A stretch of 63,407 nucleotides of DNA, filler included, from Reclinomonas americana ATCC 50394 (Eukaryota): the NCBI GenBank assembly GCA_048213135.1. It is 16 parts of 16 records of this genome, joined end to end, with 100 filler letters (N's around TTAATTAATTAA, not from the genome) between each part and the next. Parts side by side here need not be neighbours in the genome. Positions count along the whole stretch, not along the records: positions 27,962 to 30,651 come from AFZH01020828.1; positions 30,752 to 33,251 come from AFZH01020829.1; positions 33,352 to 44,034 come from AFZH01020830.1; positions 44,135 to 48,080 come from AFZH01020831.1; 12 more parts are not named here. One strand, given 5' to 3'. This document shows, in pieces, positions 29,820 through 44,714 of this stretch; positions within the stretch are counted from its first letter, which is position 1; every line of letters begins with the position of its first letter. The translations under genes were made by a program, and so were the position numbers. The notes beneath the pieces are model-generated. The model was not told where the DNA came from, searched no databases, and worked only from the letters and a program-made list of their open reading frames with translations.

Positions 29820-30650
29820 TCACGATGGTGGTGGTGGTGGTGGTGGTGGTGGTTGCGATGGCGGAGGTGGGGTCGACAAGCGACGCTTGCGCATTTCCGT
29901 GGCCCGTCGAATGCTCTCCGTCACCTCAGTGTGCGCTCGCGCTCGTCGCTGGCGCACAACAAACCAAGTCACTGTGATCCCCAGCGGCACCAGTGTGTAC
30001 GGAGCCCACCAGAGCACAGCAGTCGTCCAATCGCGTGGCGTGTCGTACAGAATGCGCGTCCCGTACGTGAGCACCAGCTCCTCCTTGATGGCCTCGTCGG
30101 TGGCGCCCTCTTCCAGTCGTCGCCGGACGAGCGAGCGGACCTCAATGGCCTGATCCGAGTACGCGTCCTCGACAGTCTGATTGGCGCACTGTGCGAGAGA
30201 GACAGAGAGGGTGAGTGAGGGAGGGGGTGAATGGAGATCGAGCCTTCGTTGATGTACCTCCAAGCATCGCAGCTGGCGATAGAGCAGGCGCGCTCGACGA
30301 TCCAACACGGCCTTGCGCAGCACGGGGTCTTGAGGCGCAGTGTGTTGCTGCTCTGGAGGTTGCAGAATGGATGGAGGAACATCGGAGCTTGAAGAGGAGG
30401 AGGAGGAGGATGATGACGTGGTGGATGATGAAGAATCGCTGTGATGCTGCTGGTGGTCGGTGTCAGAGAGCGATGGGTGAAGGGGTGAAGGGAGGAGGGA
30501 AACGCTGAAGGATGGAAAGAAAGAGAGAGAGAGAGAGAGCGCGCGAAGGGAGGGAAGGAGAAGGGAGAACGCATAGGGACCAAGGTACCTTGGCGAGCAG
30601 TGAGAGAGGCGGTGAGGCCCAGGCCACGAGTGGCAACAGCGGGAGGAGAA
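29820..30650 (-). CDS. ccmH: Cytochrome c maturation protein CcmH/CycL (System I), nuclear-encoded, 5'-partial
   Basis: Removing the intron at 30189-30257 gives RARLLYRQLRCLE|CANQTVEDAYSDQAIEVRSLVRRRLEEGATDEAIKEELVLTYGTRILYDTP followed by a TM. The LRCxxC motif is the CcmH signature. An upstream exon lies at about 30589-30650. Confidence 0.9.
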   Translation of the reverse strand, partial: FSSRCCHSWPGPHRLSHCSPRYLGPYAFSLLLPSLRALSLSLSFFPSFSVSLLPSPLHPSLSDTDHQQHHSDSSSSTTSSSSSSSSSSSDVPPSILQPPEQQHTAPQDPVLRKAVLDRRARLLYRQLRCLEVHQRRLDLHSPPPSLTLSVSLAQCANQTVEDAYSDQAIEVRSLVRRRLEEGATDEAIKEELVLTYGTRILYDTPRDWTTAVLWWAPYTLVPLGITVTWFVVRQRRARAHTEVTESIRRATEMRKRRLSTPPPPSQPPPPPPPPPS

Positions 30651-30974
30651 ANNNNNNNNNNNNNNNNNNNNNNNNNNNNNNNNNNNNNNNNNNNNTTAAT
30701 TAATTAANNNNNNNNNNNNNNNNNNNNNNNNNNNNNNNNNNNNNNNNNNNNTCGCATTTGTTATGTTGTTCGTTGATTTGTTGTCCTCTTGTGCTTTGGG
30801 ACTTGGAAGTGAAGTCTTTGCTTGTGAAACCTGCTCACGCCAGGTGAGCAGAGCTCGAGTTTGCGACCAGCGATTAGCAGCGTTGCTTGCGTGCAGAGAG
30901 GACGACTTCGGATGCAATTGATACTGAACGCCTTGCATAGACGCGAGGGCGCATACTTGTACACAGCGTCTACG

Positions 30975-31600
30975 AGTGCCAGGGTCGAGAGGGAGAGGAG
31001 AAGGGATGGAGAGAAGGAGAGGAGAAGGGATGGAGAGAAGGAGAGGACAGGGGATCTACCGGGCTGCCGACGGATGCAAGGGTAGAAAAGAGGAGAAAAG
31101 GGAGAAAAAGGGCAGAGGATCTACCGATGCAAGGTTCGAGAAGTAATGAACAGAAGGAGAGGACAGTACGAGGACAGGGCTGTCGGTGGGTACAAGGCAA
31201 GAGGGAATGGGAAGAGAGAGGACAGAGAATCAGGATCCACAGAGCTGCAGCTGGGTAAGGGTTGAGAAGGAGGGGGAAAGTCACGGCAGCGGATCCACAG
31301 AGGTTCGAGTGGGAGAGGAGAAACGATGAAGCAAAGGAGAGGACAGTGGATCCACAAAGAACCAGATGGTGTAAGGGTCGAGAGGAAGCGGAAGAGGGAT
31401 GAAGCAAAAGAGAGAACAGTGGATCCACAAAGTAGTAGATGGTGTACGGGTCGAAAGATTGAAGAGAAGGGATGAAGCACAGGATCCTCAGCGCTGCCAA
31501 TGGGTGCAAGCATCGAGAGGGAGCGGAAGAAGGATGAAGAGAAGAAGGGGGTCAAAGAATCCACAAGGCTGCAGATGCCACCACGGCAAACAGAAAGAGT
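30975..31600. repeat. Degenerate purine-rich tandem array (about 57-85 bp units) anchored on GGATC(C/T)AC
   Basis: GGATCYAC-like anchors at about 31052, 31117, 31233, 31291, 31348, 31421, 31482 and 31557. Most are followed by AAGG(G/T)TCGAGAG-like motifs. Confidence 0.7.
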
Positions 31601-31689
31601 TGGAAGGACCGGCTTCCCTGTCAATTCCAAGCCAATGCAAACAACAAACGTCGACATTCTCCTCCCCGATGCACAAACCGCGCACAGTG

Positions 31690-32279
31690 TTATTGCTGCG
31701 CAGCTGTTGCTCCCGCCGCAGCAGCAGCAGCAGTAGCCTGCTGCTGCAACTCCTCCACTCTCCTTCTCTCACGGATTCTCGTCTGCGAGGCCTGATCCAA
31801 GTACGGCAAGCGCACCGGTCGATTCGCGCCATGCCCATGCGCCTCCCCATGCGGCACCAGATGCAAGCGCGCCATGCGCACCTTGCGCGTGCGATTCTTC
31901 GGCAGCATCCCCTCCACCGCACGCTGCAACGCCAAATGCGCACGATCCTGCTCCACCAACCGCTCAAACGGCTGCTCCTTCAGTCCACCCGGATGCCCCG
32001 TGTGATACCGGTACAGCTTACTGCTGGCCTTGTCGCTCGTGAACTGCGCATGCGCTGCATTCAACACAATCACATGATACGCCGGCTGCTGAATCGCGGC
32101 CGGGTGGAACAGCGGACTGTGCTTGCCCATCAACACTGCCGCAATGCGCGACGCAAGCCGACCAACAGTGTGACCGCGCGCGTCCACCACGTACCAGTGT
32201 TGCAAGAGAGCGTTCTGTGAGAGTGGGAAGAGTGTGAGTGGGGAAATGTCGTGCCATGTTTATCACGCGTTATTGTTTC

Positions 32280-32311
<32 letters not shown>

Positions 32312-32365
32312 AGAGTGCGTGTGTTGCGTGTCTTGTGTGCAGTGCGCAACTCGTAGCAACTGCAT
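31690..32365 (-). CDS. rplM: Bacterial-type (probably mitochondrial) ribosomal protein uL13
   Basis: WYVVDARGHTVGRLASRIAAVLMGKH...YRYHTGHPGGLKE...AVEGMLPKN. A short first exon MQLLR (32365-32351) joins via an intron at 32350-32215. Confidence 0.92.
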
Positions 32366-32620
32366 CGTCCTCTCTCCCTCCTTTACTTGCAAGATGGCCT
32401 TTCCGTTGGTCCGACGAGCTGTGGAATATGTGTTTGTGTTTTTCGCTGTGTGCGCGCGTGTTGCGTGGCCGACAAGCAAACAAACGTAGAACTATTGGAG
32501 ACGACGAGTTGAGACGAGTTGGCTCCTGATTGTTCTCAGTGACAACTAGCCTTACCCGTTGATCCGACGGGCTGTGGAATCTCTTTGTGTCTCTGTGACT
32601 TTGAGCGCGCGCGTGTGTGC
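32366..32620. promoter_or_regulatory. Putative compact bidirectional promoter with a duplicated motif of about 35 bp
   Basis: 255 bp lie between divergent ATGs. CCGTTGGTCCGACGAGCTGTGGAAT (about 32404) is repeated as CCGTTGATCCGACGGGCTGTGGAAT (about 32556). Confidence 0.5.
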
Positions 32621-35212
<2,592 letters not shown>

Positions 35213-35249
35213 ACAGAAGCGCAATTTCGTTCTTCGCGCGTTCCCTTCG

Positions 35250-36521
35250 ATGAGCAGCGACGAGGATGTGTCGAGACCATCGCGCGGCACTTGCCTCATG
35301 TCGACTCTGATCCTCGCCTTTATCATCTCCCTCTTTGCGGCGCCTCTCGCGTGGCCACTGATCGCACGAATCACGCGCGACGCACCCGAACCGCCTCTCT
35401 TCGACCCCGCCTGCCACTCGCACGCCCTCCAGCCCGAGTGCACGCTCCTGCTCTCGCCCTCCACCTCTGAGCCCGCCTCCTCTGCCGACTCTCTGCTCGT
35501 CATTGGAGAGAACCGCGGAGTGCGCATGTCTGTGTGGACGCGCACTGGCTGCTCTCTGTATCGCGTGCTGGTGTCGTGGCCGAGTGGGGAGCCTCCACTG
35601 GCCGCGTGGCCAGTGCACTGTGAACGCGCGGCCATTGTGAGTCTAGTGGCGCCTGCACTGGAGGACCTTACGCGATTCATTCCATCGGTGGTTTCATGGG
35701 CTTCGTATGCGCGTCGACAGCGTGCGGAGGTGTATGTGTACGTGCCTCCTGTGGCGGTGACCGAGTCGATGGTGGATGTGCACGGGAAGAGGGTGCCTCT
35801 GCACTTTTACAAGTCGTGGGCGATGGAGGCGGTGTTGCAGGTGCACCCGCGAGTGTTCTTTGTGGATATGGATGCGTGGATGGATCCGTTGTCGTGTCGC
35901 CTGCCGCTCGACGAGTGCTTTGTCGACGACGGCGAGACCAAGTTGGTGATACCCGATGGGTACTTTTTGAAGTGCGTTTCTTTGTCGCTGAGAGTTGGAG
36001 ACGAGCAGGGAAGCTTATGTGTGTGAGAGTGCAGTACGGCGGTGCTGGGAGCGCGACGCGATCCGTGGACCTTGGAGCTGCTCAGTGATTGGTGGGAGCT
36101 CGGCTGTTGCGTTATCTCTCCTTTTGCTGGCCATTACTTCGTTGCGCACTGCTCATCGCTGGAAGCAGTGTCGGGCATGTTCACGCGACACCCGTTTGAT
36201 CAGGCCGCCTTTCAGCACCTGGCCTTGCGGCACCTCAGCGCCGCCCTCAATGTCACCTATGCCGATCAATGTGGCAGCTGCCCCGAGGGCATCCCGTTCA
36301 ACTGCGACTGGTGCTACACCTCGCACGTGCAGGCGTGGGGCCACTTTTATCCGCACTCCGAGTACGGTGTGATTGGTGGCATCCGCGCCTCGTCGCACCT
36401 GTTTCGCTGGGCCACCGACCCGAACTCGGTGCCGGACGATGTCAGTCTGGTGGCGCACAGCGGCACGTCGTTCTACAAGGCTCCACTCGTCGACATGAAT
36501 GTGTGTGGAGCGCTGTGGTGA
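35250..36521 (+). CDS. Glycosyltransferase family 34 (GMA12/MNN10-like) type II membrane protein
   Basis: N-terminal TM. FYKSWAM...VFFVDMDAWM contains the DxD motif. FLN|TAVLGARRDPWTLELLSDWW and FDQAAF follow. Two GT-AG introns. Confidence 0.65.
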
Positions 36522-36731
36522 GCCGAGCCGAACCGAGCCGAGCCGCACCGCTCCTGCGCACGGTATGTCGGGATGTCGGTGTGGGTGCGTGCGTGCCTCC
36601 TCCCACACGCGAAAGATAGTGTGGACGGCCAGTGACGACGCTTCCAGTCGAGGCCGATGAAGGCTCGTGTGAGAGCCATAATGACGCAAGGAGCCTAATG
36701 CAAAAGTTGCTTGCTTTTTTTACTCGATGGG

Positions 36732-38666
36732 TTATGATACCACCGGATTCGCGCTCGTCTTTGTAGCCTCGCGCACAATGGCTGTGGTCGCCACCAGTTC
36801 GTCGCCTGCCGGCACGTATGTGTCGGCGCCAAAGTCACCGCACAGCAGACGACTGACATTGCGAGCAGCCAGTGCCTCCGTCTCCAACGTGCTCATCACC
36901 GACTCCATGGCGTTGACTGTGCGAGAAGCAAAAAGAATAGGTGAGCAACGCAATCCCTGTTGTCGCCAGACTTTCGTATCCTTCTCTCGCTCACCGTAAT
37001 AAAGTCCGTCAGCGACACGGAAGGACGGCAACTGCTCGTCGACCGCCTTGGGGGCGAGTTTCGGGAAATGAGTCCAGCGCCGCACCACCAGGACCTCGGC
37101 ACCGTCCTCGAACCACTCGTGCACCAGTGCGTCGTTCCACGCCTGCTTCGACACCACCTTGTAGATGCCGCGCTTCTGCTTGTCGACCGAGCCCGCCGAC
37201 GACACGAGGCACGAGATGGAGATGAACGGGCTACTCGAGTGCAGCGGAGTCAGCACATGGTCCGGCAGCTCCGACACTGCGCTCACGCCGAGGCGGTCCG
37301 CGCGCGGCACGCCCAACACCATGGTGATGTTCATCTCGGTCTCGCGCTGGGCGCTCTCGTCACGCGCCTCCTCCAAGCGGCGACGCAACTCGGCCGGCAG
37401 CAGCTCGGTGCCCTCTTGCTGCTGCAGCATCGAGTGCGCCAGCACCGACAGCGGTGCGGCAACGATCACGGCGTCGAACGGGCCGTGACGCACGCCGTCG
37501 TCGGTCACCAGCACGTACTGCGCTCGCGACTCAGTGCCTCCTTCCCCCGCCAGCCGCTGCACGCTGACCACGGCGTGACCGAGGTGCAGACGGGCACCAG
37601 AGGCGCGCGCCACTCCCTCCACAATGCGATCGTAGCCGCCGACGGTGCAGTTGAGGTGCTCCGGGTCGCCCGACAGGCACACCATGCCGGACAGCGCAGA
37701 CAAGTCGGTGGCCTCCTGTGCAAAGTTGCAACGCGTGGCGGCACCGATCAGGTGCTCTACCACCTCGTCTCCGCAGCCGACGTCCCTGACCATGTGGTCG
37801 CGCATCGACATGGCCAGCAGGTGGTCCAGCCTCATCTTGTGCAGCATTTGACGCGGTGACTCATACGACTCTCGATCGTCGTAAATGCGCAGGTAATTGC
37901 TCAGGGTCGAGCTGCCGGCCAGCCGCATCCACAGCACCGCAATGCCGTACCTGCACTCGGGTGTTGTGAGGAAAGAAGAAGAGCATATTCAGAGCACACG
38001 ACGACGCACTTCCAGCCCAACGACAGCACCAGCATGCCTTTGCCCAGCAATGTATTGGCCGGGCGCGACTGCCACTGCATTCGAGTGCCATCAAAGATGC
38101 CAAGAGTGTCTTCGCACGCCTGCTTCGCTTCGGCCGACATGGAGTTGCGCGTCTCCAGCTGCAACGCCGCCAACCACGCCTGAATAAATCGATTTTCTCG
38201 ATGCAAAATCGTGCATCCCAACTCCAGAACTCCCATGGCCTTGTCCTACTTGGAGAAAGAGAGATTAGGAGAGAGGAGATGCATGTGCTGGTGCGTGCAA
38301 TGAAGAGCACGCAACTCCTGCAACACTGGCGGGCACGACAAAGCGCTCACAGCGTCCTCCGAGTCGTGTTTCCTTCTCGAACACATCAGAAATGTGTTGC
38401 GCTCCCAGTCGGTGGCGCAACATCAAGGCAGAGCCGGCGCCGGCAATGCCGCCTCCAATGATGGCCACTCGCAGATGCGGCGGTGCCACAGTGGCGACGG
38501 GAGTTGAGGGAGGAGGCAACTCCGCGTTTGTCGGATTGTTGTTGTTGTTGTTGTCCATGCTCAATGTAAAGGACGAGGATGCATGCAGCGGGTGTGCAGG
38601 CGTGTGGTGGGCAACCATGGCGGTGGTGCCAAGCATGCCACACCATGCTAGCAGTCGAGCAAACAT
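36732..38666 (-). CDS. PCYOX1: Prenylcysteine oxidase / farnesylcysteine lyase (FAD-dependent)
   Basis: RVAIIGGGIAG dinucleotide-binding motif, VFEKETRLGGR, ELGCTILHREN, WK|YG, FDAVIVAAPL and LYY|VNAMESVMSTLETEALAARNV. Confidence 0.85.
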
Positions 38667-38774
38667 GCTGCTCTCAAAAAAGGACACGAATGGGAGGATT
38701 GGTTCAGTGGCGGACAAGGCTGGCGAAATCCGACAACGCCAGGCGACGACAGGACGAGAACAAATTTAGCACGA

Positions 38775-41700
38775 TTACACTGGCTCCTCATATGCAAGAG
38801 CTTCTGGTGGCTGCTGCTGCTGCTGCGGTGGTGGAGAGGCGGCACGGATGCGTCGGAGAGCAGCGGCCCGGCTGTCGGGGCTGCTGGTCGGCGATCCGGC
38901 AGTGGAGGCTCGTCGTGCGCGGCTCAGCGGCGACACGGGCGATACGAAATCGATTTCCCCAGCCGCCGGCAGCTCCGGTGGTCGGTTGAGTGCAGGAGGG
39001 CGGGCGCCGGCCTTTTTGAGCATGGCTTGCACGGCGGTTTGCGTTACAGTCCGGCGTCCCTGTGCGGTTGGCGATGTTCGAGGACGACCGCGGTTGAAGC
39101 CGCCAGCTGATTGAGAGCGATGTGAGGACGGACGACCAACAACGCCGACATCGAGGAAGCAGTAAGGAGACAACTCACCAAAGGAAGGCCGCCGACTCAG
39201 TCCGGCACCGTGCGGGAGCGACGATGACAAGTCATCTCGTGTGGTCGGCACCGACGACGATGGCGCCTCGTCGGTCAGCGTGGCTGAGCGATTGCCAGAC
39301 AAAAAGAACGTGAGCTTTGGCGAAGGAGACACACACGCAAGAAAAGCGACGCGACGCACTGGCAATGGATCGCGGCGCGCGGTCGCCTCCTCCATGCACG
39401 TGCATCGAGACGGCTGTCAATTCGACCACCAACTCGCGGCCGCTGCTGCTGCGCGAGCGCCGCGACGCCTGCTTGGCAAGTGAAGGCCGGCGACCACCAG
39501 GAGACACTGCCGATTCACTTGTCCGGGGCCGTTCTCCACTGGCCGACAGCGCGGCCGACGATCGCCGACGTCCGCGATCCTCCTGCCGCGGTGATTTCGT
39601 CGGCGGTGCATCGTCGCCTCCGTCTTGCTCAGCCAACTGCGGTACCTCCTCCGTATCGGGAGGCGTCGGCTCCGAGTTCCACGGATTCATGTCGGCCGCA
39701 GTCGCACTCTCCATCTGCAGAAAGGAAGAGAAGAGGGACGAGGTGGGAAGCGTGCAGAGAGACAAGAGCGCAGTGTTGTAACTCTCTCCTCCACGTCGGC
39801 GCGGCGGTCACGAAAAAGGGAGTGGAAAAATGAAGGCAGGGCAATACAGGGCGGGCACACACACACACACATATATATATATATACAGAGAGGGAGAGCG
39901 AATGCGGCGGTCAACACGAATTCTCACGGGCAAAACAATATATCAACAAAACTGCATTTTCTCATTGCACAACTACAACAAAGGTCAACAGCAAACGATT
40001 ACTATTCTTCTGTTTCTCCACCACCACCACTATCATCATACCTGTGATTCGAGGGTTAACCTCGAACCACGACCACGCTCGTCGATCGACGGCAGCGATT
40101 TTTGTCGGAACGGCGACGGTGAGCGACTGCGCATGTCGATTGTCGCCGTCGTCAACGAACCACCTGCGCGGCCGTGGTGTCAGAGACACACTACAACTGC
40201 AGGAGAATGCTACATACTGACCCGTTGCTGCCTCGGTCACCGATTGCTTGCTTGCCTGGATCTTTTGGAGCGATTTCTCCCTGCGAATCAAAGGGAAGGG
40301 GTGAGGGAAAGGTGAAAGAGGCAGAAAGAGGGAAAGGAGGAGGCAGGAAACGATGGCAATGGATGGTGATAGAGGGAGAAAGAGAAAGAGAGAGCTCTTA
40401 CAGCGAAGAAAAACGAGAGAGGGGGACAGGAAGAGAGGGAGTCGACGGTTGGATAAAGTGGATGCAAGTGGTGACGCTGCTCTCACAGCCAAGAAAACGG
40501 GAGATGGAGAAGAAAAAGGGGGACAATTATCTGTGCATTCTTGCTTGAAATACTTTCCCAGTCACAGAGAGAAAGCGAGAGAGGGGAGAATTGCGTCAGG
40601 TGTCGGTAACTTGAGAGAGAGGAGAGAAATAGAGAAACGAAATGCAGCAATCAAGAATACTTCCAGAACATTCCTCTCTTTCTCCTCCCTTCGCCACCTC
40701 TCTCACGCTGTTCACCACCACTCACCACTCAGCAGCGGCCAACACTGCCGCATCGCGCTCTCCAAATGGCCGCACCGGTGGCGGCACATTGGGTCTTCGC
40801 AGTGCGCGCGCACCAGCACCCGCCACCGAGCCACCGTGGGTCGGCGACGTGCTGTCGTAGCCTTGAATCGCCATGCCCATCGACTGCACCACAAAAGAAG
40901 ACAAAGTGAGCTCCACGCACCATCTCTCTTCCAGCACACGGACACACGCACAGTCAGCATGTTGCGAATGCCTTCGTTCTGCTGCCGCAGCGACTGACGC
41001 AGGTGCGACAGCGCGACCTCGTTCTCCTGGAACTCGTTCACGAAATCGTGCATGTACCGAGGCACCTTGCGACGCGGCTCAGGCAGCACACCAAACCCGG
41101 AAGGCAATATCTCGTCGACATCTGCAATCATGTTGTGAGCACACTCGCACTTAAACATTTTCTCTCTCCGTCTCTCCCTCTCCTTCTCTCCCCTTCTCCC
41201 CCTTCCTCTCCTTCATCACGCAACTGACACGCAGTGGATTTCCGGGTGGCGACGACGGGGTGCGCGACGGAATCGAGGGAGGATTCGTTGGCGATCGCGG
41301 CGGAGACTGCGCACGCGGCAGTGACATGGTGGACCCAGGGGGCGGCGACAAGGTGCGCGTGAGCGACGGCAAACGACCGCGTTTCATGGGGCGCGCCTGT
41401 CGATCCAGCGGCTGCTGCTGCTGCAGCTGTTGTTGTTGCTGTGACGGCTTGCCGTTGGAGGCCACCACCGACGGCAAGGAGGGTGGCTCGGCAATCTCGA
41501 GGCGCCCCAGGGGATCGCGTCGCAGCTTCAGCGGACCGGGGGAGTCGACAGATGACGACAGCACCGGCACGGGCGACGGTGACGGATTCGCGTCACGCGA
41601 CGACGACAAGTGCGGTCGCGGACGCCCGTGTGACACCGACGACGTAATGGTCCCATCAAACGACTGTAACGTCTCCTCGCGCGCACTCTGCTGGCGCGAG

Positions 41701-44683
41701 GTTGGACGACTGGCCGGTCGCGGCTGCCACATCATTGGCTGATCGAGCAGCGGTGTGCATCGCAGCGGCTGATCGGTTTCCCACTGATCGCTGCTGTCGT
41801 CGTCGCCGCGGCTCGGACCGTCAAACAGCGGCGTCTCGCCTGGCCCCAAAAGGCCACCAGGCACCGGCGTGCTGAGACGGGCCGAGTGGCCGAGCTGCCG
41901 GAACACGGTGGCTCGCGTGTTCACATCCTGGTGCAGCACGGCGGGACTGCCGGTCAGTGGCAGCAAGACGTTACCGCCGCCCATGGGAATTGGTCCGTCG
42001 AAAGCGGAAAAGTCGTAGCGGAACATGGGGGGTAGGGTTTCGCCGTCCTCGCCGCCTGCGTGCAAAGGAAGGGAGGAAGAGGGAAAGGGTAATTAGAGAA
42101 AGAGGAAAGGGGACGGGGGTGAGAGAATGGTAGAGGCGAGTGAGAGGGGATGAGTGGGAAGGTGGGTGGATAGAAGCTGAAGTGAGGTGAGAACAAATGA
42201 GGGAGAGAAAAGGGAGGGAAGGAAGGTGGAAAGGTGACTTGGAAGTGAGACGAGAAATGGACACTGGGGAAATGGAAATCAAGGCAGAGGCGAGAGAGAA
42301 GCAACGCGAGAAGTGAGACCGACGAGACAATGCAGTGATTGCGAGAAGAGAGCACCAATTGTGTTTGACACCACGCGGTGAACAAACGAAGGAGGATGTG
42401 AAACGAAGAAAGAATGAAAGTCTGCCCGCAGCCTGCCCTCCCTTCGTCAACGTACCCTGGGAAAAGTAGCGATTCAACAGGATCTTTGAGGGCGACAGAG
42501 AGCGTCGCGAAGCAGCACGCTTCGCCACTCGTCTGCCGTACGGATACATGTTGGTGAGCGCCTGCAAATCACTCTCAATGTCGTCGATGGATGTGGCCAG
42601 CCTGTGAGCGAGAGAGGTCAGCACAACTGAACGCACGCGGGCAGAGGCAACACCCACACGCAACTGACGGCGCCCGCCAGTCGCCTCCGCCAAGGCCATT
42701 TTCTTCACATTCTCCACTTGGCGCTGCACAAACAACGCCAGGCGATCAATGGCCTGTTTGAGGGCCAAGGCCGCAGTGCCAGCAGTGGCCGGGAAGAGCT
42801 GTGCAAAAATCAGTGAGCACACGGGGAAAATGGAGCGTGACACAAGACGCACACGACACCTACCGTCACCGACATGGCCAAGTTGCGGTACACCTCCAGA
42901 ATCACTGGCTCGTCGCAGGTGATCTCCATCGGAATCGTGATTTCCATGACCAACCCTGCACACCACAGTGAGTCAGTGCCATGACAAGGAGTAAACATAT
43001 ACGCCGGCGGCGCAACTCGGCTCCGGTTTCGTAATGACCACTGGCGTCGGCTGCACTGGCGGCTTCAGCGGCCTGCACAATTCGTCCATTCCGTATGGGT
43101 ACCCAATGTCAGGCAGGTACGCGGCGTGGGTCGAAGAGTCTTGGCGCTGCACCGGCGGTGGCGGTGGCGGTGGCGGCGGAGGTGGTGGTTGACGAGGTGG
43201 CGACATTACTTGATGCTGATGCTGCGGAAGCACCACAGCAGGCACCTGCAGAATGTTCATGCCGACAATCTGCATGCCGCCAGGTGCTGGTGCGGGGGCC
43301 GCGGGCGCATGTGGCGACAACAATCCCTCACCCAAAGACGACGGCACGGTGGAGCGAGCAGATACGCCGCGTGACATGGTGTCCAGGTGCCGCACCGTGA
43401 GGAACGGAGCGTCGGTGTGTGACGCAGGCTCGCGGGACGATGTCTGTGCCGAGCGGGCCACTCCCACCGGGCCGTGGCGACCTTCACCGTCACCTGCCGC
43501 CGCCGCCGCCGCCGACGGCACACCGAGCGATGTGATGGTGATTGAGGCACTGTTGCCGCCGTACACGGTGACAGCGCCGCCTGCGCCGCCGCCGTTACCA
43601 TTCTGCGAGAGGCCGGCCAGATTCAACACGCGAGGTGTCGTGCCGGCCGACGCAGTACTGGTCGCCACACTGTTGCCGCCCGCGGCGACCGAGTTGGCAT
43701 ACAGGGCGGTGGCAGCTGCAGCAGCAACGGCCGCCGCACGTGTCTCAGCCATGGTCGAGGCGATCTTGGCGGCGGCGGCAGCGCGCGCCTCGGCCTGCAT
43801 TCGAGCGGCCTGTGCGACATCGGCTTCGGCGCGGGACTTGTCTGCCGATTCGGACACCCGCGATGCCAGCATCTCCGCCACCATGCGTGCTTGCTCGGCT
43901 TCCTCAGCGCTGTGGAGAGGGAGAAGGAGAGTGAGGGAGAGGGAGAGGGAGAGGGAGAAGGGGGTAAGGGAAGAGGGAGCAGAGAGAGGGTGAAGGGAGA
44001 AGGGAGAGGGAGAGGGAAGAGGGAAGAGGGAAGANNNNNNNNNNNNNNNNNNNNNNNNNNNNNNNNNNNNNNNNNNNNTTAATTAATTAANNNNNNNNNN
44101 NNNNNNNNNNNNNNNNNNNNNNNNNNNNNNNNNNAGAGGGTAGGGGAGAGGGACAAGGGAGAGAGGGAGAGATTGGCTGTCAGTCCGTGTGCGCGGCTGA
44201 GAATGGGATTGTGTGAGTGCACACAAACCGTTGCTGAGCCGCCTCGAGTGCGACAGCGTGCTCCTCCAGTGCCTGCTTGACGGCATCAGCTTCTTGCTGA
44301 CGCTGCTTCACAAGCTCCTCGAGGCGCTTGCTGTCGCTGCGAGTGTACGAGATGCGATCCTCTGCCACCAAGTAATTAGAAGAAATGGGAGTGGACAGAA
44401 TGTGTGCGATGAAAACGCTCACCAAGGTCGTGCGAATGCTGTTGCAGTTGGTGGTTCTCGCTCCGTGCCTGCTGCAGCTGGTGTCGCAGCTCGTGCATCT
44501 CTGATGCGTCGAGGTCCAGCTGACTCTTGGCCAGGGCTACTTCGCGTTCAAGCTCCTGGATCTTTTCGTCTGTGGACATAAGAAGGAAGGGTGAGGGGGA
44601 GGGGAGGGAAGGGGAAATAGAGGGGGGGATAGAGAGAGAGAAGAAGGAGGGGAGAGAAAGAGAGCCAGAGCAAAGCGACGCAA

Positions 44684-44714
<31 letters not shown>

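Noticed and set aside
32215..32257. Alternative uL13 start ATG|GC with a 40-nt intron
   Set aside because: Shorter than the other introns seen here. The upstream MQLLR exon with a GTTGCGC donor fits better.
36976..36983. GTATCCTT U12-like donor
   Set aside because: It is on the antisense strand of an ordinary GT-AG intron of the PCYOX gene.
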